Shown here: piece after piece, positions 1 to 6,679 of the stretch
How positions within the stretch are numbered: the first letter of the stretch is position 1
Layout of the letters: every line of letters begins with the position of its first letter
IMG/VR virus record: IMGVR_UViG_3300020042_012505
Location: 1-25,725 of that record
DNA from: a virus
Taxonomy: Duplodnaviria; Caudoviricetes
Length of the DNA: 25,725 bases
Strand: one strand, 5' to 3'
Notes under the pieces: model-generated
Databases searched by the model: none
What the model saw: the letters and a program-made list of their open reading frames with translations, nothing else
What the model was told of the DNA's origin: nothing
Position numbers and translations under genes: made by a program

Positions 1-5
1 CTCAT

Positions 6-956
6 ATGATTGAAACGATTGCTTACTCTGGCGAAACTCCTTGGCATGGTCTTGGTAAGGCAGTTCCTGCTGATCTATCTCCTGCTCAGATGTTAGAAGC
101 TGCAGATCTTGATTGGACAGTAGAGAAGATTCCTACTTTCGCCAAGATCGATGGTAAACAAATCTACACTGGCAAAGATGCGCTAGTTCGTAGCTCAGAC
201 AACTCTATTCTCGATGTTGTATCTAAAGACTGGAATCCGTTGCAGAATCACGATGCTTTTGAGTTCTTTAACGACTTTGTGGTATCTGGTGACATGGCCA
301 TGCATACAGCTGGCTCTCTTCGTGATGGTCAAATTGTATGGGCACTTGCTAAGGTGAAAGAATCGTTTGAATTGTTTGGTGGTGATACTGTTGATAGCTA
401 TTTGCTATTCACTCTTCCACACAAGTTTGGTCAATCAATTGACGTTCGCTTTACACCGATTCGTGTTGTTTGTAATAACACATTGACACTTTCGTTATCC
501 GTCAAAGCTAACAATGGCGTCAAAGTATCACACCGTACTACCTTCAATGGTGACTCTGTGAAAGAGACTTTGGGTATTGCTTCTGATAAGTTGGCGAAGT
601 ACAAAGAGATGGCTAAGTTCTTGGGTTCTAAGAAGTTCAAGGAAGAGTCAGTTAAGGACTACTTTAACCGTATCTTCCCCGTCAATGCCTACGGTCGTTC
701 CAAGAACGAAGATACGAAGGCTAAGAAAGAGATGTCACAATCTGCAACGCTGGCTATGATGGCTCTTGAAACACAACCAGGAGCTAAGTATGCTGAGGGT
801 ACGTGGTGGTCTGCTTTCAATGCTGTGACTTATTTGACCGACCATCATCTTGGTCGTACTCAAGAAGGTCGTTTGGCATCTGCTTGGTATGGTCCTAATA
901 AGGCTTTGAAAGTGAAGGCTTTAGAAACTGCAGTTGAAATGGCTGAAATTGCTTGA
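6..956 (+). CDS. DUF932-family phage/plasmid protein; the true start is probably just left of the window (frame reads ..A-H-M-I-E-T)
   Basis: Motifs 'ETPWHGLG', 'AADLDWTV', 'TAGSLRDG..VWALAK', 'TPIRVVCNNTL' and 'GTWWSAFNAVT' are typical of DUF932 proteins. The in-frame CAT codon at 3-5 suggests an MAH.. start upstream. Confidence 0.85.
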   Translation: MIETIAYSGETPWHGLGKAVPADLSPAQMLEAADLDWTVEKIPTFAKIDGKQIYTGKDALVRSSDNSILDVVSKDWNPLQNHDAFEFFNDFVVSGDMAMHTAGSLRDGQIVWALAKVKESFELFGGDTVDSYLLFTLPHKFGQSIDVRFTPIRVVCNNTLTLSLSVKANNGVKVSHRTTFNGDSVKETLGIASDKLAKYKEMAKFLGSKKFKEESVKDYFNRIFPVNAYGRSKNEDTKAKKEMSQSATLAMMALETQPGAKYAEGTWWSAFNAVTYLTDHHLGRTQEGRLASAWYGPNKALKVKALETAVEMAEIA

Positions 957-962
957 TTGAAT

Positions 963-988
963 AAGGTGGCCTAGTGCCACCTTTTTTT
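963..988 (+). terminator. Rho-independent terminator after the DUF932 gene
   Basis: AAGGTGGC-ctagt-GCCACCTT hairpin followed by a T run. Confidence 0.8.
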
Positions 989-1001
989 GGAGATACATAT
1001 A

Positions 1002-1409
1002 ATGGTAACTGATTGGATGCCTGCTGGCAAATACTGGGTTGGTGATTTGTGCTATGTTATGCATGAGGAATGGGATGAGGTGTGTGGCCTCTTCTTTGAA
1101 GGTCGTGATGATCATGGATGTAATGAAGGACTGTTTACATTGAAGGATGGACGCAAGTTTGTATCGTTCAACACTAAATGGGGTGATGGTGGATACTACG
1201 ATGAAGCTGAAAACGAGTACGGAGTTGATGCTGGATTGATTGGTTGTATATTATTATCCGATATAAAGTCTAGTGATGAAAATACTTTGAATGGTGGCCA
1301 CGTTCATGAATTTGAATCTCCATTTGTTTGCTCAGGTGGCCGTAGTGAACAAGGTCGCGACTGGGATGGAGTGATCAAAATAGGGCATATAAATATAGCG
1401 ACGGATTAA
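1002..1409 (+). CDS. Hypothetical phage protein (acidic, Gly-rich)
   Basis: Open frame with GGAG at 989-992, 9 nt before the ATG at 1002. The track start at 987 is a TTG inside the terminator and is less likely. Confidence 0.7.
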   Translation: MVTDWMPAGKYWVGDLCYVMHEEWDEVCGLFFEGRDDHGCNEGLFTLKDGRKFVSFNTKWGDGGYYDEAENEYGVDAGLIGCILLSDIKSSDENTLNGGHVHEFESPFVCSGGRSEQGRDWDGVIKIGHINIATD

Positions 1410-1449
1410 TTAATTCTAATTGAATAAAATCAATATGATATTAGGTTGA

Positions 1450-1457
1450 TATAAATA
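1450..1457 (+). promoter_or_regulatory. T4-type late promoter TATAAATA
   Basis: Exact T4 gp55 consensus about 30 nt upstream of the ATG at 1487. A second copy lies at 1388-1395. Confidence 0.7.
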
Positions 1458-1486
1458 AACATAATATTAAACATCTAGGAAAGTAA

Positions 1487-2539
1487 ATGACACTACCAGC
1501 ATCTGGCTCATTAACCTTTGGTCAAATCAACACTGAATTAGGTGATATCTCCACATCAACGCGTAGTTTGAATGACGCAGTTTCCCGAGCGCTTGCAAGA
1601 GTGCCTTCCGGCTTAATAGCCTTATCTAATTTTTATGGACAATCATCAGGGTTTAAGCAAGGCATTTTTGGTTTTGGGTCTGGTAATTTTTCGCCATCAT
1701 TTATGTCATCTATAACGAATATAGTGTCTAGTGCTGGCGTTGTGGCTAGTGATGTTTCAGGCGTAGGAAATGTAAGGAGATCTTTGCAATCTGCCACATT
1801 TGGAGGTGATAAAGGTATATTTGGTTTTGGGCTTAGTTATGCTGGCAGCACAACAACCGATCTTAGCCAAAATATTGTGTCAAATACCGGGGTGCTTGCT
1901 TCCTCTACATTTGCTACTGGCAACCCTAGGGACAGCGGGGCAGGTGCTGGTTACGGCAATGATAAAGGCTTGTATGCTTTTGGTAACATTTTTGGTTCTG
2001 GTAGAGTAAACACATGTAATCTTATTTCAAACACAGGTGTTGTCGCTTCAGATACTGCGGGCGCAGGTACTGCAAGAGAAGCTTTAGCCGCTGCAACATA
2101 CGGCTACGATAAAGCCATATTTGGTTTTGGATTCGCTACTTCGCCTTCCGGTAGAACGGCTGTAACCAATTTAGTATCAAACACAGGCGTAATTGCCACT
2201 GATACTGCGGGTGTTGGTACTGCCCGCACTACGAACAAGGGCTCAGCTACATTTGGCGTTGATAGGGCTATATTTGGTTTTGGATTTACTTCCGGATACA
2301 CTGCTATAACCAATTTAGTATCAAACACAGGTGTTGTTGCCACTGATACTGCGGGTGTTGGTACTGTGGGGGACAGTGCAGCTTGTGGTTACGGCGGCGC
2401 TAAAGCTATATTTGGTTTTAAATATAACGGTAGCTTTACAACTACAACTAATTTGGTGTCAACTACAGGTGTTGTCGCTTCAGATACTACGAGTGCAGGT
2501 ACTGCGAGATACCCAGCCGCAACGAGCTTTGGACAGTAA
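1487..2539 (+). CDS. Putative virion adhesin/tail-tip protein: short N-terminal attachment module plus about 6 repeats of about 50 aa (probable beta-propeller)
   Basis: N-terminus 'MTLPASGSLTFGQINTELG...IALSNFYGQS' resembles phage fibre-tip modules. Repeats read 'G.DKAIFGFG...TNLVSNTGVVA.DTAGVGTAR'. A late promoter and an AGGA SD lie upstream. Confidence 0.6.
   Translation: MTLPASGSLTFGQINTELGDISTSTRSLNDAVSRALARVPSGLIALSNFYGQSSGFKQGIFGFGSGNFSPSFMSSITNIVSSAGVVASDVSGVGNVRRSLQSATFGGDKGIFGFGLSYAGSTTTDLSQNIVSNTGVLASSTFATGNPRDSGAGAGYGNDKGLYAFGNIFGSGRVNTCNLISNTGVVASDTAGAGTAREALAAATYGYDKAIFGFGFATSPSGRTAVTNLVSNTGVIATDTAGVGTARTTNKGSATFGVDRAIFGFGFTSGYTAITNLVSNTGVVATDTAGVGTVGDSAACGYGGAKAIFGFKYNGSFTTTTNLVSTTGVVASDTTSAGTARYPAATSFGQ
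2163..2366 (+). repeat. Intragenic direct repeat of 60 bp with a 144-bp period
   Basis: 2163-2222 and 2307-2366 differ at only 3 positions (TAACCAATTTAGTATCAAACACAGG...GCCACTGATACTGCGGGTGTTGGTACTG). Confidence 0.85.
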
Positions 2540-2560
2540 AAATTATTAAAAAGGATTATT

Positions 2561-3196
2561 ATGTCGTCAAAATTTAACTCTGAATTTAACTATAGATACC
2601 AAGTGATTGGGGAAACGCCTTGGGAAAAACTTCATCAATTAAAAAACTTTCATCAAGGTAGAGTTCGTGCCGCAAAGTTAGAAGAAATTGCTCACATAAA
2701 ATATAAGGCTAAGCTCATGGAGCTACAAACCTTAAAAGATAGCAAAGCTTTACCGCATATTATCCTTAACTTGCAAGCTGAAATCATGGAAATAGAGTCT
2801 TTCCAACAAACCGAAAAAGAAAGTTTTGAATTAAATCGCCATGAAATTTTTATTCTTGAGAAACTAATTAAAGAACTGTATGAAATTGTTGAGCCAACAA
2901 GACTGCGCCATGAAGATGGGACTCCTTATTCGGACGATGAGATGTGGGAAGCTAACGCCGCCAATGAGTTTACTGTAGTAATTGGAAAGGAGATTCAAGC
3001 TGAAATTATTGCTATTGGAAGACCTTCACCGGCAAAATTACGAAACGCTATGTCAAACCCATATACTTTTCATGCGTTACAACAAGTTGGATTAATTCCG
3101 CAAGAAGCGGTAATGCTTGAGGGTAATGCTGATCCTTTGAAGATTGAATTACGTCAATCGCCATCTATGATTCCATTGACGCAAGAAGAAGTATAA
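2561..3196 (+). CDS. Hypothetical helical/coiled-coil protein
   Basis: 211-aa ORF with an AAGGA SD, co-oriented in the cassette. Confidence 0.75.
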   Translation: MSSKFNSEFNYRYQVIGETPWEKLHQLKNFHQGRVRAAKLEEIAHIKYKAKLMELQTLKDSKALPHIILNLQAEIMEIESFQQTEKESFELNRHEIFILEKLIKELYEIVEPTRLRHEDGTPYSDDEMWEANAANEFTVVIGKEIQAEIIAIGRPSPAKLRNAMSNPYTFHALQQVGLIPQEAVMLEGNADPLKIELRQSPSMIPLTQEEV

Positions 3197-3246
3197 CTGC
3201 CAGAGTAACTTGAGGTCAAATAATTAATCATAATACAGGAGTTTAC

Positions 3247-3510
3247 ATGGAAGAGATTTATAACCAGTATGAACCAGCATTGTCGCACGACGAATTATTA
3301 GAAATGAAACGGCAGCATAGGGAGGCAGCTTACAATGCAGGCAAGCCCAAAGGCTGGGTGTGGAATGAAGAGATACCTTCTTGGGTGCCTCCTTTTCCAC
3401 CTCCCGATCAATACCCCTATTTGTGGAATGAAGACACTCTGGACTGGGATCCATTTCCTGGATACCCAAGAGAAAGTAATCAAGCACCCATAGATAATGT
3501 TGATAAATAA
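3247..3510 (+). CDS. Small Trp/Pro-rich phage protein (possible fibre-associated or assembly factor)
   Basis: AGGAG SD; duplicated 'W.WNEE..SW.P' and 'YLWNED.LDW.P' motif. Confidence 0.65.
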   Translation: MEEIYNQYEPALSHDELLEMKRQHREAAYNAGKPKGWVWNEEIPSWVPPFPPPDQYPYLWNEDTLDWDPFPGYPRESNQAPIDNVDK

Positions 3511-3528
3511 TAAGGTCTGATGTATAAT
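3500..3528 (+). promoter_or_regulatory. Sigma70-like promoter for the tmRNA gene, overlapping a late-type GATAAATA at 3502-3509
   Basis: TTGATA (3500-3505), 17-nt spacer, TATAAT (3523-3528). Confidence 0.7.
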
Positions 3529-3533
3529 CAGCG

Positions 3534-3839
3534 CTATTGCTGTACGAAGCAAAGAGAAAAGTGTTCTGGACGGGGGTGCGAATCCCCCCAGGTCCACCAG
3601 AAGTACATTAGCAAGCAATTAGATCCCAGAAATGGATAATGTTCTAAGCGAGCAGTTAGTATACTTCTGATGGGCCTGCATAGTTTCGACAGGGCAAGTA
3701 GTAACAGAGTGGACAGCACGGTAGGCGATGACCGTTAATCAAGCAAAAAACGTAAACGCAAACGACGAACAGTTCGCATTAGCAGCCTAAACACTGCTTA
3801 GGGTTTCGGTAGGTTTCCTCGTAACAGAATAACCTACCA
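3534..3839 (+). ncRNA. ssrA: Circularly permuted (two-piece) tmRNA with tag peptide ANDEQFALAA; outer boundaries approximate
   Basis: The T-arm GGGGG-TGCGAAT-CCCCC (3572-3588) and acceptor 3' strand CAGGTCC-ACCA (3589-3599) lie UPSTREAM of the 5' strand GGGCCTG (3672-3678). The two strands pair fully with a G3-U70 wobble. The D-loop-like TTTCGAC follows, and CAGGGCA pairs with TGTTCTG. The tag frame runs GCA AAC GAC GAA CAG TTC GCA TTA GCA GCC TAA (3758-3790). A terminal hairpin pairs 3808-3815 with 3831-3838. Confidence 0.95.
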
Positions 3840-3866
3840 TACACTTACACATCACAGGAGTATTTA

Positions 3867-4160
3867 ATGTCAAACATGACACCCTTCGAGATTCGCCTTG
3901 AACTTTTAAAAATGGCGAAAGATATGCTGACTGATTCTTACTTTTCAGAAAAGGATCGTATCAGTGCAGACTGGAACGTAAAGGTTGATTCAGCCAAGCT
4001 GAACGGGCAATCAATTCCAGAACATCCTGCCTATCCAGTATATCCGTCCGAAACCGATATTATCAACAAAGCACAATTGTTGAACGGTTTTGTATCAAAT
4101 ATTCAAACAGAAACAAAAACATCCTCTACTAAGATATCTCTTTCAAAGAAGGAGAGCTAA
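3867..4160 (+). CDS. Hypothetical phage protein
   Basis: AGGAG SD; 97 aa; TAATG overlap couples it to the next gene. Confidence 0.8.
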   Translation: MSNMTPFEIRLELLKMAKDMLTDSYFSEKDRISADWNVKVDSAKLNGQSIPEHPAYPVYPSETDIINKAQLLNGFVSNIQTETKTSSTKISLSKKES

Positions 4161-4699
4161 TGGTACACATTTCAAATATTTTGTTGAAAGTATTTCTTTT
4201 AGCGTTAACACTTTATGCTATTAGCTTTTACACTTCAAGTAAAATTCAATCATATAAACAAGACCAGCAATTCAATAGTCCTATCTCTATGGCCGAACGC
4301 GACAGGCAGCTTACTTGCCTAGCAAAGAACATATACTTCGAAGCTGCAACAGAACCTTTTGAAGGTAAGGTAGCAGTTGCTCAGGTTACAATAAATAGGG
4401 CTGAATCAGGTAAGTATCCATCAGATATATGTGATGTTGTCTACCAAAAGAATGTTGTGTATGGTAAGGTGATATGTCAGTTCTCTTGGTATTGCGAAAG
4501 TGGGCCAACAGTAAGACATAACGGAGCATACAAAGAATCAATGGAAGTTGCTAAGAAGGTGTTGTTGGAAGACTTTAGACTTCCTGGGTACCAACAAGCT
4601 CTTTGGTACCATGCGGAGTACATAGCTGATCCTGTTTGGTCAAAGCAAATGATTAAGGTTGGAAAGATTGGCCGTCATATTTTTTATAAGAAAACATAA
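4160..4699 (+). CDS. SleB/CwlJ-like cell-wall hydrolase (Hydrolase_2) with an N-terminal membrane anchor
   Basis: Motifs '[24 protein letters not shown]', 'ICDVVYQ', 'CQFSW', 'YHA.Y..P.W' and 'IGRHIFY', plus a hydrophobic N-terminus. Confidence 0.9.
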   Translation: MVHISNILLKVFLLALTLYAISFYTSSKIQSYKQDQQFNSPISMAERDRQLTCLAKNIYFEAATEPFEGKVAVAQVTINRAESGKYPSDICDVVYQKNVVYGKVICQFSWYCESGPTVRHNGAYKESMEVAKKVLLEDFRLPGYQQALWYHAEYIADPVWSKQMIKVGKIGRHIFYKKT

Positions 4700-5357
4700 A
4701 GCCATTACCAGTAGTTTTTTGGTGTCCTAATAAACAATGTCCTATATTTCCAGCTTTCAATCCCAGTTCTACTGCGGCAACTTTTTTTGAATCATACCAC
4801 GTATCATTTGTTATACAATAAACAGGAATAGAATATATTTTACTGTAATGTTTTTTAAGTTCTTCAGGAAATGGTTTCATTTTAGATCTATCTCTATCAC
4901 GTGCACCCTTGGAAAGATTTTCTCTCCAAGTAGTACTGAATTCACCTCTCTTCTTGCCAATTTTAGACAGAGATATTTTACGTTTAGATTCTTCGCTATG
5001 AACTCTTCCCTTACCCGCTTCAGATATTTGCTTCCTTCTTTTTTCAGAAACAATACGACCTTTCTTGCTACCTCCCTTACCACCTTCTCCTCCACTAGTT
5101 CTGTTAAGTAGGATGCCCGTCCCTAAATCTTTACGACCATACCAACGTATTAACCTACGCTCAATAGCACAAGCTCCAACGTTTGTTAATCTTTGTTCAA
5201 TTAAAATTATCTTAGTCTTATCTGATGGTACAGATATTCCAGGATGATTCTGTATTGCACGTTTACCTTTACCTTTACCAATATAATAAGGAGTTCCTGC
5301 TTTTGCAGTTTGAGAGTCTTTGCTACGCACGTATGCGTACACGTAATAAATATTCAT
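4653..5357 (-). CDS. Free-standing GIY-YIG homing endonuclease with NUMOD3-type repeats and a C-terminal HTH-like module
   Basis: 'YYVYAY...[10 protein letters not shown]', 'AIERRLI' and '[10 protein letters not shown]' match GIY-YIG motifs; '[10 protein letters not shown]' type repeats follow. The start is placed at the ATG at 5357 (AAAGGA upstream) rather than 5414. Confidence 0.85.
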   Translation of the reverse strand: MNIYYVYAYVRSKDSQTAKAGTPYYIGKGKGKRAIQNHPGISVPSDKTKIILIEQRLTNVGACAIERRLIRWYGRKDLGTGILLNRTSGGEGGKGGSKKGRIVSEKRRKQISEAGKGRVHSEESKRKISLSKIGKKRGEFSTTWRENLSKGARDRDRSKMKPFPEELKKHYSKIYSIPVYCITNDTWYDSKKVAAVELGLKAGNIGHCLLGHQKTTGNGFMFSYKKYDGQSFQP

Positions 5358-5424
5358 GCTGGGATCCTTTCTCGATCTTAGAGTGGTTGGGAACTTCCAT
5401 TTCGCGAACCACACATATATTTAG
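5358..5424 (-). promoter_or_regulatory. Late-type promoter variant (CTAAATA, 5418-5424) and structured 5' leader of the endonuclease gene
   Basis: Minus strand reads CTAAATA-tatgt-GTGGTT-cgc-GAA-atggaag-TTC-cc-AACCAC-tctaa-GATC-gagaaag-GATC-ccagc-ATG. Confidence 0.55.
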
Positions 5425-5478
5425 TTGTAACAACTTCTTTAATATTTTAAAATAACATCTTTTACGGACAAAGAACTA

Positions 5479-5787
5479 ATGGAAAAACTTAATTTAATCA
5501 AAGAAAAACTCCTTCAGTATTTCGATGGGTTCTCAAAGACTTCTGCCGATACAATAGCATGGATAAGCGTCATTTGTATAATGGCTTCTACGATTCCAGG
5601 TTTCTTTGCAGTAATGGCGCATGCTACAGACCGTATGCCGCCTTTGGATATTACTTTAATGGTATGGGGTGGGTTATTGCTTTACTTCCTTAGATCGGCT
5701 ATTTTGAAAGATATGTTAATGTTAGTAACAATTGGTTTAGGATTCGCTATACAAGCAATTCTTCTTGGTTTAATTTTCTTCATCTAA
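5479..5787 (+). CDS. Small integral membrane protein (about 3 TM helices)
   Basis: Three hydrophobic stretches in 102 aa. Confidence 0.75.
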   Translation: MEKLNLIKEKLLQYFDGFSKTSADTIAWISVICIMASTIPGFFAVMAHATDRMPPLDITLMVWGGLLLYFLRSAILKDMLMLVTIGLGFAIQAILLGLIFFI

Positions 5788-5788
5788 T

Positions 5789-6025
5789 ATGATTCAAGAT
5801 CTAAGTTTTGTCAGTGTAGTAGAGTTTACAAAAGAGATCGAACACATTGTGTATACCAAGGATATGGAATATATTGATGCGGTGATTTACTTCTGTGAAC
5901 AAAAAGGATTGGATGTTGAAACTGCAGCATCTTTGATTAGAAATAATTCAAAACTTAAAGCATCGATTCAGCTTGAAGCTGAAAAACTTAACTACCTACC
6001 AAAGACCACACAACTCCCTCTATGA
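5789..6025 (+). CDS. gp33: Late-transcription coactivator (T4 gp33-like)
   Basis: 'EIEHIV...MEYIDAVIYFCE...DVETAASLI...LKASIQLEAEKLNYL'; position before gp59 and gp32. Confidence 0.85.
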   Translation: MIQDLSFVSVVEFTKEIEHIVYTKDMEYIDAVIYFCEQKGLDVETAASLIRNNSKLKASIQLEAEKLNYLPKTTQLPL

Positions 6026-6591
6026 CTGACTACGAAGCGTATCTCAAATACTGCGCTCTCAAAAGACATTTCCAGTCCATATCTTACGACTACTTCAAAT
6101 ATAAAGGTAAGGTAAAGGCATCTTACGAATCATTTGAAAAGCGGTCTGATAGAATCTTCTTTACCAAGTTAGCAAAGCACAAGGACATTATGGGTTTTCT
6201 TGTTGCTAATTTGGTTATTGAGGATAAGTGGGTTGGAGATTTAGTTAATGAGCAAGTTGCTGAGAAGGCATATAAGGACTGGCTTAAACGCAAGGAATCC
6301 CTCTCGTATGTGTTCAAGAGCGATCTTGATAAGCTAGACGGGTTAATTGATTCGTTAAAGGTAGTGGACAATCAGCATCCAATACTTTTTAAAAAGTATC
6401 TCTCTAAAGAGATATGTGCTGAGACTCTTATAATCATCAATCACATTCAACGGTACTTTGGTTACTGGTCTAAGAATATGGGTACTGATCCAATATGGAG
6501 TCAAGAGAAAAATAAATTGTTGAAACTCTCTCCTTTTGTGGAGTATAATGATAAATATAAAGGTATGCTGATCAAACAATTCAGACGTTGA
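6022..6591 (+). CDS. gp59: Helicase loader (T4 gp59-like)
   Basis: 'Y.KYCALKRHF...YDYFKYKGKVKAS..SFEKRSDRIFF.KLAK'; 33-59-32 gene order. Confidence 0.9.
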   Translation: MTDYEAYLKYCALKRHFQSISYDYFKYKGKVKASYESFEKRSDRIFFTKLAKHKDIMGFLVANLVIEDKWVGDLVNEQVAEKAYKDWLKRKESLSYVFKSDLDKLDGLIDSLKVVDNQHPILFKKYLSKEICAETLIIINHIQRYFGYWSKNMGTDPIWSQEKNKLLKLSPFVEYNDKYKGMLIKQFRR

Positions 6592-6616
6592 CTCTGGATC
6601 TTGGTTTGCATATAAT
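6588..6616 (+). promoter_or_regulatory. Sigma70-like promoter for gp32
   Basis: TTGACT (6588-6593), 17-nt spacer, TATAAT (6611-6616). Confidence 0.75.
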
Positions 6617-6679
6617 ACTTTATGCAGTAAGTGGATAAGTTAATATACATTAAATACATTTTATATAAGGAGTATACGT

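Noticed and set aside
1650-2539. CRISPR array or DGR template/variable repeat
   Set aside because: The repeats are in-frame protein repeats within one ORF. Only three mismatches separate the closest pair, one is not at an adenine, and no reverse transcriptase or cas gene is in the window.
3568-3599. Stand-alone tRNA or att-site tRNA fragment
   Set aside because: The matching 5' acceptor strand and a tag ORF lie downstream, so it belongs to the permuted tmRNA; there is no anticodon arm or nearby integrase.
3298-3719. Minus-strand ORFs of 106 aa and 61 aa
   Set aside because: They are antisense to the tmRNA and the 87-aa gene; 'WTWGDSHPRP' is simply the reverse complement of the T-arm and acceptor end.
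5358-5414. 19-aa N-terminal extension of the endonuclease shown in the ORF track
   Set aside because: The GIY-YIG motif begins right after the Met at 5357, which has an SD; the extension coincides with the hairpin leader.
5358-5415. Known self-cleaving ribozyme in the endonuclease leader
   Set aside because: I could not fit hammerhead, twister, pistol or HDV-like cores by eye; it is kept only as an unclassified structured leader.
4653-5460. Group I intron housing the endonuclease
   Set aside because: The endonuclease is antisense to its neighbours, the flanking non-coding DNA is too short for an intron core, and the hydrolase ORF is complete without splicing.
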